NCBI GenBank assembly: GCA_002633005.1
Contig: NMRA01000691.1
Span: forward strand, 124,001 to 188,000
DNA length: 64,000 bases
Direction: 5' to 3'
Origin: Phoronis australis
Lineage: Eukaryota > Animalia > Phoronida
In this document: positions 24,485-34,834 of the stretch, one piece after another
Layout of the letters: each line of letters begins with the position of its first letter
Numbering within the stretch: position 1 is the first letter of the stretch
The notes under the pieces: model-generated
Seen by the model: the letters and a program-made list of their open reading frames with translations, nothing else
Told to the model about the DNA's origin: nothing
Database searches by the model: none
Made by a program: the position numbers and the translations under genes

Positions 24485-27131
24485 CAGGTGTACCTGCATA
24501 TGTAGATACAGTTGATTCTGATCATGGTAGATCATGAGTGTGGCTGGGTTTTCCTGCCTGTTCAACAGGAGTACACTCAACAGAGCAACCGTAAATGAGA
24601 AGGTGTTCGTGACCTGGGATCAAACTGTGGGAGACAAACTGAATGCTGGCTTGCTGCTGCAAATAAAATTGTCCATTTACACCTGACACATTGTTCCTTG
24701 CTGCAGGATTTTGGCTCTATCTTCTCAACACTCTTACCTGGCACTAATGCCAAATTGGCTCCGGTTGAGGGACAGTCTGTTCTTGATGGATTGGAGGTCA
24801 AGGTTGCTTTTGGGGATGTCTGGAAGGAAAGTCTGAGTGAACTGAGTGGAGGTCAAAGGTCAGTTTGCTTTAGTGATGTGTACCTTTAGTTATACTTGTA
24901 CCTTTTTACAGTTTCCTATTCCATATTTATTGCCAGTTTGCATGTAGATAATCATAGTTGTATTCAAGTGGTACAGGGGATGTCATTGTTCGTTTTTCTA
25001 ATAACTTGATATCGTCAATTCTGTTGTGTCTTGCACGTGTTTGTATGTTGCTTAGTATATATCCCATGGTTTAATTCAACTAGTGTCACTGTGACTTTAG
25101 TATATGTAAGGTAAGTAAGGAGTAACAGTGTATTAAAAGAGCTGATGGTTCATGTTACCTCCTTGACTTATAATGTGTCTCTGCAATCTTGTTGCACTTA
25201 ATGTGAATGGGATGTTGTTTACTTGAGACATTTGCTTGGTTTATGGTTAACATTCTTTATGATTGTCTTTTCAATTTGGGACTCTGTACTTTGTCAAGAA
25301 ACTATTCATTTACATTGTCTAGTGATCCCGTTCTCTCTTTTGTTTTGAAATAACTTTTTATGTTCTTTTATTCTTGGGGAATATTTGATTTTCATGGTGA
25401 TTTTCACTGTGACATTTTCTTATGCCTGAAATCGTATGTAATCAGTGTGTATCTGGGGACTGTTTGCTATTGTATCTCTTTGCCTCTCCTCCAGGTCCTT
25501 GGTGGCGTTGTCACTCATCCTGTCCCTGCTGCTGTTCAAGCCCGCCCCCCTTTACATCCTGGACGAGGTCGACGCGGCCCTTGACCTCTCGCACACACAG
25601 AACATTGGGCAGATGTTGAGGACCCACTTCAAGCACTCCCAGGTAAATACGTAATTAATTGAACTTCTATAGACCTATGCGAAATACGGAGGCCACAACT
25701 CGACATTAAGGTGATGAAACCAATGCAATTCAGCATCACCGACAACTATTTACATCATGGCAGTGTCGCAGTCTACTTCATTACCACAGTCACTGGTATA
25801 AGTTAGTATTTTGTAATATTGCAGGGCTCTGATTACAAAACTAAGTCAAATTGAGAAGATTTTGCCAGCTTCAGGCTTGTGATTCAGAGATTAACAGGGT
25901 TGCTGACAGCAGGCAATGTAATGCAAAGAACTTACCTGCATGTTTGATTTTTCAACTATACACCTGAATATGAGTGCCATCACTAGTTATTTAAATTCCC
26001 GTAAGAAAAACAAACTGCATGTGGCTTTGCTGCTAATCTTGAATAACTGCAATAGATGGCTATATCATTTACTGTATAATTATTTTTTTACTGAGCCTTG
26101 TCTAAATATTCAAACTTAACGCCAACAACAGAGGTCATGATGGTGACACTCTTTTTAAATTTTATCTGGACACAAACTTAATAAAATTGTCCCCAAAGCT
26201 TATTTTCTTTAAATAATACATAGGCGTGGAAAAGTATCGCTCCCGGCCACCACCCAGGTATGATATCAACTCTCTGACTTGAAACGCCACTTTCATATCA
26301 AATGAATTTATGTACATCAACATTAAAAAACGATTTGAACCAGTTTGCATTATTGTAAGTGTAGGAATTATTGTTGTCAGTTCTGCTCCTTTGTTTGTGT
26401 CTCACTCAGGTCAGTTCTGCTCCTTTGTTTGTGTCTCACTCAGGTCAGTTCTGCTCCTTTGTTTGTGTCTCACTCAGTTTCATCAATATTCTCTCCGGCT
26501 TATTGGGTTCTTCGGAATACCAAATATCTTGAACAGCAGTAAACACGGGCAATCTTTACATTTTTTGCCATGTTTCACTGCAAATTGATTACTTCCACGC
26601 ATACAGCTTCCTTTGACTTTTGTGACAGCCCACTACAACATACTGTCTTCCATCTCTTTATTTTGGACGGCTTAGTTTTTCTGGTCTTTTCACACTTTCA
26701 CCACGCACCGCACACCAACGGTCCAGGGGAGTTAACTCTTCGGGATTGCTTGCGGAGAAAGGTCTATCAGCAGGACCCTATCTCTCCTGAGGGGAAAATT
26801 GTCTGTGCCTTTTGAGAGGTTTTTTATCTTTAGATTGGAGGGTGAATACTGTACCACTACATCATTGTCTCAGCTTGGTGTACTTGTAATTGCCACTTCT
26901 CTGTCTTTGCAGTTCATCGTGGTCTCTCTCAAGGACGGCATGTTTAACAACGCCAACGTCCTGTTCAAGACTAAGTTTGTGGATGGTGTCTCCACTGTCA
27001 CGAGATACGTCCAGAACCAGGCCTCCCGCAGCACCTCCAGTGTGACTAGCGACAAGTCAACAGTCAAAAAGACAAACAAGAAAGCTCGAATTGAGCACCC
27101 AACTCAACCACTCGCTCAAAGCAATGCTTGA
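147..27131 (+). CDS. SMC2: Structural maintenance of chromosomes protein 2 (condensin subunit), complete 23-exon gene, 3636 nt CDS / 1211 aa
   Basis: All introns GT-AG with consistent phases; exon lengths sum to 3636. Walker [11 protein letters not shown]-loop FLIMQGRI, hinge [13 protein letters not shown], signature LSGGQ, Walker B/D-loop [12 protein letters not shown]-terminal [18 protein letters not shown] typical of SMC2. Confidence 0.97.
1023..1172 (+). CDS. SMC2: SMC2 exon 2
   Basis: tttttcag|[17 protein letters not shown]...TVTRQ|gtgagc. Confidence 0.95.
1945..2106 (+). CDS. SMC2: SMC2 exon 3
   Basis: [13 protein letters not shown]...[18 protein letters not shown]|gtaaag. Confidence 0.95.
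2617..3970. mobile_element. Non-autonomous DNA transposon (Tc1/mariner-pogo-like MITE, ...TACGG|TA end)
   Basis: Perfect 22-bp inverted repeat gtaatcgttcgggttaacgccc (2617-2638 vs 3947-3968); right end TACGG|TA; clustered GGGCGGTTAA subterminal repeats at both ends; outer left bases degenerate. Confidence 0.75.
4130..4240 (+). CDS. SMC2: SMC2 exon 4
   Basis: [15 protein letters not shown]...KEIDT|gtatag. Confidence 0.95.
4662..4799 (+). CDS. SMC2: SMC2 exon 5
   Basis: [25 protein letters not shown]...FVCAE|gtgggt. Confidence 0.94.
5838..6382. mobile_element. piggyBac-like MITE
   Basis: TTAA|CCATTATCATG ... CAGGATAAGGG|TTAA; 9/11 TIR match; TTAA at 5834-5837 and 6383-6386. Confidence 0.55.
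6568..6708 (+). CDS. SMC2: SMC2 exon 6
   Basis: [10 protein letters not shown]...ESKRDE|gtgatt; coiled coil. Confidence 0.92.
7876..8025 (+). CDS. SMC2: SMC2 exon 7
   Basis: [11 protein letters not shown]...KQQTD|gtaagt. Confidence 0.92.
9406..9484. repeat. 10-bp minisatellite TGACAAGGTA/TGACATGGTA alternating, about 8 units
   Basis: Directly visible. Confidence 0.9.
9601..9790 (+). CDS. SMC2: SMC2 exon 8
   Basis: [10 protein letters not shown]...[22 protein letters not shown]|gtaaga. Confidence 0.93.
9976..10463 (+). mobile_element. hAT-like MITE with 6-bp TSD (copy 1)
   Basis: TIR CAGGGCTTGGAAT...ATTCCAAGTCCTG flanked by ATTACT on both sides; second copy at 52457-52955. Confidence 0.88.
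10939..10993 (+). CDS. SMC2: SMC2 exon 9
   Basis: [17 protein letters not shown]; phases match both neighbours. Confidence 0.92.
11353..11592 (+). CDS. SMC2: SMC2 exon 10
   Basis: [12 protein letters not shown]...LDTLEA|gtgagt. Confidence 0.93.
11873..12011 (+). CDS. SMC2: SMC2 exon 11
   Basis: [27 protein letters not shown]...VAAGNK; start of hinge. Confidence 0.95.
12837..12983 (+). CDS. SMC2: SMC2 exon 12
   Basis: [33 protein letters not shown]; hinge. Confidence 0.95.
13595..13799 (+). CDS. SMC2: SMC2 exon 13
   Basis: [15 protein letters not shown]...[17 protein letters not shown]|gtgagt. Confidence 0.95.
14209..14344 (+). CDS. SMC2: SMC2 exon 14
   Basis: [12 protein letters not shown]...LQKVAG|gtgcgt. 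Confidence 0.92.
14985..16038 (+). mobile_element. Helentron-associated interspersed element (HINE/DINE-1-like), degenerate, 5' end unclear
   Basis: Same ~145-bp repeats (gtgccccct..., tcatgaaattc...) and 3' terminus (ttgtgggcacatttcagcaccccgcgttgccgttgt) as the intact copy at 41954-43593. Confidence 0.75.
16354..16478 (+). CDS. SMC2: SMC2 exon 15
   Basis: [11 protein letters not shown]...NMQKSI|gtgggt. Confidence 0.92.
16456..16731 (+). repeat. 56-bp tandem repeat x5 spanning the end and donor site of SMC2 exon 15
   Basis: caacaacatgcagaagtctatag|gtggg recurs with AG at 16478, 16534, 16590 and 16646, and as AA at 16702. Confidence 0.95.
17768..17961 (+). CDS. SMC2: SMC2 exon 16
   Basis: [10 protein letters not shown]...KTKEKQQ|gttagc. 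Confidence 0.93.
19835..19978 (+). CDS. SMC2: SMC2 exon 17
   Basis: [12 protein letters not shown]...ASETK|gtatgt. Confidence 0.93.
20129..22150 (+). mobile_element. HINE copy interrupted by a TTAA element
   Basis: 5' gtgcacccacata...gcgtcc motif, internal repeats, 3' gatgggtgcatttt...gctcttgt; split at 20463-21609. Confidence 0.78.
20463..21609. mobile_element. piggyBac-like non-autonomous element nested in a HINE
   Basis: TTAA|CTCATTCctCCCTGA ... TCAGGGtcGAATGAG|TTAA; removing it restores the host repeat (ctattaa|aggaatgatgacg). Confidence 0.78.
22705..22899 (+). CDS. SMC2: SMC2 exon 18
   Basis: [10 protein letters not shown]...SKDAGRQ|gtgtgt. Confidence 0.93.
23388..23588 (+). CDS. SMC2: SMC2 exon 19
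   Basis: [19 protein letters not shown]...[15 protein letters not shown]|gtaagt. Confidence 0.95.
23630..23678. repeat. (AAT)n microsatellite
   Basis: Directly visible. Confidence 0.9.
24073..24198 (+). CDS. SMC2: SMC2 exon 20
   Basis: [18 protein letters not shown]...LQVNK|gtagat. Confidence 0.95.
24437..24482. repeat. (CA)n microsatellite
   Basis: Directly visible. Confidence 0.9.
24707..24858 (+). CDS. SMC2: SMC2 exon 21
   Basis: [12 protein letters not shown]...[12 protein letters not shown] (ABC signature). Confidence 0.96.
25495..25642 (+). CDS. SMC2: SMC2 exon 22
   Basis: [30 protein letters not shown]...HSQ (Walker B). Confidence 0.96.
26376..26477 (+). repeat. 34-bp tandem repeat x3 (gtcagttctgctcctttgtttgtgtctcactcag)
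   Basis: Units start at 26376, 26410 and 26444. Confidence 0.93.
26913..27131 (+). CDS. SMC2: SMC2 exon 23 (last coding exon)
   Basis: [27 protein letters not shown]...QSNA; TGA 27129-27131. Confidence 0.95.
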   Translation, partial: FIVVSLKDGMFNNANVLFKTKFVDGVSTVTRYVQNQASRSTSSVTSDKSTVKKTNKKARIEHPTQPLAQSNA

Positions 27132-28234
27132 AAGAGAGGCTGTGACAGATGTTCTGACAGTTTGCCCTGGAATCAGAATTTGGTCTTATTGGCTATTGTG
27201 CACAGAGAAGTGGTTTTTGAAATGTAATGGCGAATTCTTGGGGAAGGGGAGGGGGGCAGATGGAAACAGTGCACAGATGTTCTTTTTCATTTCAGATTCT
27301 GGCTAGGTTGAGTTAGTTTGTAAAAGGTTTTGAAGAGCACCATTAGACCATTAGGTTTGAAATGAAGAGTGTTCCAGTTTAACAACCCATGCTGTCAACT
27401 TGTGTGTATGGATTTGTGAGTAATTTTAAAGAAACTGTTTGTCAACCCATGGTTTTGCTTACACTGTCCTACAAGTGTTTAAAATTGCACTCACAATGCC
27501 TCCTTCATCTCAATGTTTGCAATTTATAGAGAACACTTGCAGGTCGGCGCATTTTCAAGAATCATGAATATGTACTGAATTTTTAATATTGTTATTTTTT
27601 CACCTTGAACATTGTTTTTGTCATCTTGTTTAAACATATTCTGATAGCAGGAAGAATGAGTTTTGTGTGCATGCCTGTGAACATCTAGTTGTTTTGTGTT
27701 GCAATGTGTAAATATTATGTGTAGTTCTGTGTAGTTCTGCCTCTATGTGATATGTTCCTTCATTCAAGTCACGTTTCCTATGACCTAATGACCAACTATT
27801 CTAATTTTTTTATTTTTTCTGTTTTGTTGCATGCATCAAAAATATACACTTTAAACTAAGGACAAGATACTTTCGAGGGTCAATTGTGCCACACATACCT
27901 CCCAGATGTAAGAATCAAGGAGACTACCAATGGCACAGAACCTCTCATAAACCCAAAATCAAAAGAAAATAAATCTCACTACTGAAATACAATAGCCATG
28001 CTACCTGTGAGCCTAGGATGTGAGTGTGCAGACTCAGTTTAGTGATGTCCAGGTACTGTCTGTTTTACCAATTTTTTAAAGAATGTCTAGACTAATGGTT
28101 ACATGTCAAATTTTATGTAATATTCAATCCTCTTGTGTTCATTTGTCTGTTGTGTATATAGCTAGTTGTTTTATAACATCCGATGTGAACATTTCTTATC
28201 GATTTGCTCTTATCCATATGCACATTTAGCTCTA

Positions 28235-28240
28235 AATAAA
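28235..28240 (+). terminator. Candidate SMC2 polyadenylation signal AATAAA (alternative near 27968)
   Basis: AATAAA followed by T/GT-rich sequence about 1.1 kb after the stop codon. Confidence 0.45.
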
Positions 28241-29081
28241 TGATTATTTAATTATATTGATTATGATTGGTGTTCTCTGGTTACCAATTAGGGTAGAATT
28301 TCATATATAACCAAATGCGAATGTTTCGCATGTATACGACAGGCCTTGCAAATGGCAGCCACTGAAGTGGTTTGTCATTGAAGTTGGAATGTTGAATTAT
28401 CGACTTGAAGGCTTCCCATTTCAACTGTATGGTCTGCTCTCTGATCTAAAGAACAGAGCCCAGTTGCACTCACACATAACAAAATATATCCACCTGCGTA
28501 ATATACTCGTTGTTAACTTACCATTTTGCGTCACATGCTTTCAAACTCATTTTTTCTCACTTGTCATACATTACATTCAGCCAGGTGACTTGGAGCATTT
28601 CGGAAAACAAGGATGTGAACAGAACGATTTGCGAGATGCTAAATCTTGAGAATCAGTCATTCGATTAAAAATGTCTTCGAAAACACGTGGCTGATTTTTA
28701 ACGTGATTGTGTGTCAAAAATTGAAAGTTAATGAACAAATAGGGTATTTTACAAATTTATTTTAGTACCGACGTTCGTCCTTTTATTTGTACTATTTTTA
28801 CCATTTTATATTCTTATCCATTGGTAACTACACGGCATTCCAGCATCTATTTGACACATATAATGTTAGTTTACTTTCTTAAATTTCGTCTTAGACCCTT
28901 CTTCCGTTTTGGTTACATGTACGTGTGGGACGAGGCAATTGTTGGGGTATGGGTATGGCGTATAATTAGACAAAAATTTACAAGTAATCTGCAAATCAAC
29001 TGGTTTCAATTTGCCACTCGGTAGCTCGTGGGTTGATCTCTCTGGGACGCAATGCTACGCTCCCATCTGTTGAAAATTATG

Positions 29082-29441
29082 CCGAATAAACGCCCATAGA
29101 ACTTTATTCTGGTGTGAAACTTCTTTTGTCAAGTGTCCAGACTGGTGCGTTTATTCGGAAAATTTCCTCTTAAAGCTCACTCCCATTCAACTTTTTGTCA
29201 CAAATTCAGTTTTATGGAGCATTTACATATAAAAGCGAACAAGGTGTTGTGTTTATTAACATAAAATTTAAAAACAGTTTTAAGTAAAAAATGTCAAAGT
29301 CAGCAAAACTATGACTTTCCGTTTACACGCCCTCCTTTTCCGCCGAATAAGCGCGCGGGCGTTTATTTGGTGTTACTAAACTGCCTGCAAATTTCCATTT
29401 TCCGAATTCACATCCATGGGCTTATCTACGGAAAATTCCGG
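29082..29441. mobile_element. Fragment of a TA-target MITE (ccgaataaacgccc / gggcgtttatt motifs)
   Basis: Inverted ccgaataaacgc / gcgtttattcgg motifs and end ...ttccgg|ta; left end not resolved. Confidence 0.4.
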
Positions 29442-30357
29442 TAGACACCGATATAAATTATAAAAGACCTGGCAGAAACTCGTTCCCAAACTCGCAGTGC
29501 GGTGTTCCGCCGGAAAATTCCCGGCGACAAGGATTTACTGCAGGCGGATTTAGAAGAGGGTGGGCATCAGGGGGGCCGTCCCCTCTTGGCTGCCGCAAAA
29601 AGAAAGAAAAACAGCAAAAGTGTGAGGAAATATTGAGTTCATTAATTAACCCCGGTACTTAACACTATACGGCTGAAACAAGATTTGACAATGTGTGGAA
29701 TTTTAGTTATTGATGTGCCTGATGGGACTGGCAACCGTAGTGGCGCTCTGCACTACCACTCCGTTTCCGTCGTCTACTCCACTGCGTAATGAAGAAAACT
29801 GCCATATTTTTTTAAGTTGAGTGACAATGAAGAAACAAAAGCTGCTGTTAAGGCGTAAATTCTAGTCGAAGCCATAGTGAGTCACTCAGAAACTCATAAT
29901 TCTTTCTTCGTCAAACATTGAAAATAAGACGATTTGAAAAGCAATCCTCGTCGTTTATGCCAACACGAAAGATGAATTACGGTAGGTCTTTTGGGGAGAC
30001 TTAAGACTATTTTAAACAACAACTTAGCAACGCACTGGTTGCACAAAATATAAAGCGTGTAATCAACATATCAGGTTCGCGGGCAAACGCTCTGGACCAT
30101 ATACAGTGTCTCTTAAGCACGCGGAATTTTATTTGGAAGCGTGCCGGAATTGTGCTTTGACCGCAAATTTGTTGCGAACTCGAAAGAGCTGGACGCTGTA
30201 AATGGTATTGGGAGAAAGAACAATTCCTCATGGTTTGTTGAACCTCTATTTTTTGAAAATTTATTGAGTTTTGTGTTTGCTATGGACGGCTGAAGTGTTG
30301 AAGCACCCGTGGAATTTCTAGTCCGGAGTGTCATACCTTAGTGTAGTATATTACATA

Positions 30358-32719
30358 CGGCCAAATCACAACCAAGGTCCATATTTGGTGGCCACTTTTG
30401 GTGAAAAATGAGGGTTGTCATATTACTGTAAAAGCTCGGTTATTTTAAAATGCCATCATTCCAGGTTTGTAATCTAAAATCTTTTTTGCACAAGAACCAT
30501 CTAATAAAATTTTATGGCCTAATGCATCGCAGGTGTACAAAAGGGTACGCACACTACAACTTGTGTGGTCACAACACACTTCTACCATGCAAAAAATCAT
30601 AAGGTAGCTGTTAATTTAATAAGTTTTTGATTAAATTGAAGAAGTATCACATACTAAAATAAGTAAAGTTACTACCGTACTGATCAAGTTGTTCTAGATG
30701 ATGATACATTGTATATATTAACACATAATGAGAACTTCCTTTTCTTGCAATATGATTCTTACAAGAAAATGGCGAGTACCTACTTTTTCAAAAACTTAAT
30801 TGGTGCTATTTGCCTAGTTTTCAATGCATTCACCAGTTGGTCAAAATGGTTAAAACAATGCTAGGCGCAGTGTTCCACTTGTAAACAGTAAAAATGGTAC
30901 TTGCTGGGGGTACGTACACTACGCACAGTCAATCAACGTCAAATTTCGACTACGTTACAAGTGTATGGGATGGTCTTGAGTTTTGTGCTACCTCTACTTG
31001 TTGGTTTGTTGCAAGCAGAAGTTGCCTTGAGAGATAGAGAACCTGCCTGTGCAACATCAGTTGTCATATGACGTGTCTTCCAGGATTTTCAGTACTAGCC
31101 TAGTCCTGTGTGGCATTTTATTGTCCAAAAATTTGATAATGTCCATTGTTTTTTTGTCAGACTGTATTCATTTTCGAAATATCAGTATTGTTCATGAGAA
31201 CAGCAGTATGTAAAAAATCTTGTGCCTGGCAATACTTTATAGCACAGAGGCTGGAGGTACGTACACTACACAGGGGTACGTATAATACATTTCAATGACT
31301 TTTCAGGTTTATAAAGAATAATCAAAATCTACTGAGAGTTAGTTCATTTACCAATATTCAAAGAGAGCAATAAAACGTACAGCATGCAGTCGGTGCATAT
31401 CTGTCTGTCATTCTTTGAAAACAGGCACATGTTCAAATATAGGGGTACGTACGCTACACAAATGCTAATTTTCACTCAAAACAAATGTATTTGTAATTGA
31501 CACCCTTTTAACCTAGCATTTTTAATGGAGGAAGCTGTCTGTGACAAGTGTTGCTTACTTACCGTGTAATATTTTTGTTTAATAGTATTTATTCACACTA
31601 GGGGTACGTACACTACACAGGGGTACGCCATTTCAATGACATGTCAGGTTTGTATCTAAATACTCTAAAAATCCACTGAGAGTAAGTTGATTTACTAAAT
31701 CAGTAAAAAGCACAGGATTCAAGTGCATATCTGCCATACTTTGAAAATGGGCACAAATTAAAATTTGGAGATACGTACACCACACAAATGCTTATATTTC
31801 ACTCAAAACAAATGTATTTGCAATAAACACTCACTCTTTTAACCTAACATTTTTAAGGAAGGAAGCTGTCTATGACCAATGTTGCTCACTAATACCAAGT
31901 GATATTTTATGGCATTTGTAACTTACATGGGGGGTACGTACACTACAAAAGGGGGTACGTACAGTAGGCCCACATCACTGTTTCTGCATCACATGTTGTA
32001 TGGCCATTTATTTTTCTTTGGTGATAATAATCACCATGTTGTTATTTAAAAGGCTACAATTTCATTTGCAATGACCATTTGTGTTACTGAATTCCACATG
32101 GGGGTACGTACACTACATTTTGTTAGCCTTTTTGGCCTATTTTCAACCACATAGCAGAACCCATTCAATATTCAAACTTTTACTTTGTTTAGATATTGAA
32201 TAATTTGCTGTGTTTCCTAGGATGACATTTGCATTTCTTTTTGTTACAGAGTGTGGACTTTAGTTTTTAACCTTCTTTACAGTAGGTGAGAGGGTTAGAA
32301 ACACAGAATTTACAAATTTCGTAACGAGTGCCTGTTTTATGATGAACCCTACCATTTCTCAATGATTAAGGCAATTGACTTCATCAGTTGACTCTGAAAG
32401 TGACTCAAATTATTCCCAGTCATATCTAAACAATGGCTTGCATGATAAAATAAATGTCTTTTCTACTCTTGACAGTTGAAAAGTGTTATTTTTAAAATGG
32501 ACACTCGTAACGCTAAAAATGCATGAAATTCATAGACAAAAACATGCATAAATTTCTCAAACATTGTCCGATTTTAGTGATGATTCTTTTTTATTTTGCA
32601 CAACTAAATAACCCTTTGCATAATGAAATTCAGTTGGCATTTGGTAAGTGACCAAAAAATTATTTTAGACCGTAACACAGTCAACTCTCGAATATGGACC
32701 TTGATTGTGATTTAGCCGG
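30358..32719. mobile_element. 2.36-kb non-autonomous TA-flanked DNA transposon with internal GGGGTACGTACACTAC repeats
   Basis: ~28-bp TIR TA|CGGCCAAATCACAACCAAGGTCCATATT ... AATATGGACCTTGATTGTGATTTAGCCGG|TA; about 11 copies of the internal motif; no long ORF. Confidence 0.8.
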
Positions 32720-32826
32720 TAAGTGTATTGGGGACGATAGGAGAAGCTGAGGACGCCTGTGCCCTGTTCACATAAGATGTCTGTGATTTGTAACCTTCCG
32801 GTTGCAATGACACTCCTAAAGCACGA

Positions 32827-32928
32827 AGGTCAAAGTACGCATTTCATGCCTTCGATTGGCTAACAGTCACGAGGTCCAAAGTCTACGCTTACGTCATTAC
32901 AGCTGATTCAGTAGACCCACATTATAAA
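32827..32928 (+). promoter_or_regulatory. Candidate perilipin promoter: two DR1/HNF4-like sites, inverted CCAAT, CRE-like, AP-1-like, TATA
   Basis: AGGTCAaAGTACG 32827-32839; ATTGG 32855-32859; GAGGTCCAAAGTCTA 32871-32885; TTACGTCA 32889-32896; TGATTCA 32904-32910; TATAAA 32923-32928; strong donor ag|gtaagt at 32977. Confidence 0.6.
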
Positions 32929-33521
32929 GCAGAATTCGTTGACGCGTGGAACAAGTTACGAATAACCATAAGTTAGGTAAGTTCAGAGAATTTCATGTAA
33001 AGCAGAAATGATTGTTGTGTGCTATACATTTTTCAGGTTACAACTAATGAGAGTAGAAGGTACACAGACAGGCGAAAGAATGAATGTTTTCAAAAATTTT
33101 CAAGGCACTTGACCTGATCAAAATGGCCGACCTTCCTCAATTTTCAAGCGAGATTTATTGAGTTATTTTGAAAAAAGAACTCATGAGCTTGGTGGCCCAA
33201 TTGGTTTGACTTGTTGGCCAATCCCTTGCGCTAAATTTACTTTGTTAGAGAGGTTTTCTAAAGTATATCTCAGAATTTTGTCCTGTTTTGGCTTATTCAC
33301 TTCATACCGATTTATCCATTTCCATTATTTTTATTTTTGTATAGGGGACCCTTAGAAGGCCTCCTAATTTAAATTGCAATTACTTAATCACATGGGTGGC
33401 GCACCTGGGGTGGGGGTGGGGTGGAGGGCTCTCTCTCATCGCTATAGATGACCTTACTCGGCCTTACTGTAAGTTACGAATGTTTATCGTTGTGATTGGA
33501 TGTTGCTTAAAGACAAAATTT

Positions 33522-34834
33522 AGGCAAAGGCAACCTGATTTCATGTCATTTTTAGCAACAATAGGGTTCATTGATTATCCCAGACATATTTTTCACTTAT
33601 TTACAGCTTTTCGTAATTTAATTAATTACTCGTCGTCTACTCCGGACGTGACGTGTTGGTAGGCAAGAATTTCGCGCCAGTTTCTTTTCATATTGTCTGA
33701 CTGTGAGAGCAGTCGAGTCAGTCATTGTTCTACCTCGGTTGTGATAAGTTCGGTCGTCATTTGCTTTTGTTTACGAGTCAGTCAACATGCCACGCTGTTG
33801 CGGCCTTCCGAGATGTACTCATTATCATCTCATGTACAGAGGAAGAACTGTCCCACTTGCCCGAGTGTCCCGCGACACCCTCCCAGTGGATGGTGACTTG
33901 AGCACACAAACTGCTTACATCCCACCTTGCGACTCCCTAGTCACACACGTGGCACCTTCTAAATAGCTCCAATACAAGTCCACAATAAACTTTTCAAACT
34001 TAGGCTCACCGATCTGTTCATTGGATGACGAACTGTACTTTTCACTGGATGTCAAACTGGGCCTGTATTCACTCTCGTTACTCAACATCGCTGAAGGGCT
34101 GCTTACAGGCTCTGGGTTAGAGACAACAGCACACGGGGAATCACTACTAGTTCCTGGAATTGCACGCTATGGGGTACGTTCGGAGGCATGGGCGACAGTA
34201 GATGAAGTGCCTTCAGTCACTGTATATAGTGGCCACAGCTTGCGAGGCTTCTCGCTTCAAAAACACACTTCTCGGGGGTGGCGACGGGGCAATGCCGGGA
34301 ATCAACAGCGACGGTATGAAACCCTTCTTTGGGCGTTGTTTCGCAGGGACCTTCATCAATTCAGCGTACATATCTCTGTCGTAATCTGGCGGCTGAAAAT
34401 GCTTGTCACTTCTTTGTACGTTGCGTGAACGGGTAGCGCTGTGTTCTTCACACGAATGAGCTAGCCAAGTACGGCGAAGTGTGTAATCCTTTGGAAAGCG
34501 ATGCAAGGTACCTAAAGCGCGTGTGAGACGATGATGAGTTCATCCTGGTACGCAGCAACAGCGTGGCATGTTGACTGACTCGTAAACAAAAGCAAACGAC
34601 GACCAAACTGATCACATCCGAGGTAGAACAATGACTGACTTGACAGCTCTCACAGTCTGACTGTATGAAAAGAAATTGGCGCGAAATTCTTGCCTCCCAA
34701 AACGTCACTTCCGGAGTAGACGACGAGAAATTAATTAAATTAGGAAAAGCTGTAATTAAGTGAAAAATGTGTCAGGGATAATCAACGGACCTCATTTTTG
34801 CTAAAAGTGACATGAAAAAAGGTTGGCTTCGCCT
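33522..34834 (-). mobile_element. Kolobok-superfamily DNA transposon, internally deleted
   Basis: ~280-bp imperfect TIRs (33522-33801 vs ~34550-34834); AG...CT termini with TTAA at the right end (34835-34838); THAP transposase remnant inside. Confidence 0.8.
33841..34569 (-). pseudogene. Decayed THAP-domain transposase N-terminus (Kolobok type)
   Basis: MPRCCCVPG*...LHRFPKD...RRTW...SDKHF...GFIPSL (THAP pattern); then, after frameshifts, EKFIVDL/LELFRRCHVCD*...VTIHWEGVAGHSGKWDSS. Confidence 0.78.

Noticed and set aside
34021-34428. 135-aa plus-strand ORF as a novel gene
   Set aside because: It is the antisense frame of the decayed Kolobok transposase and has no recognisable motif or splice support.
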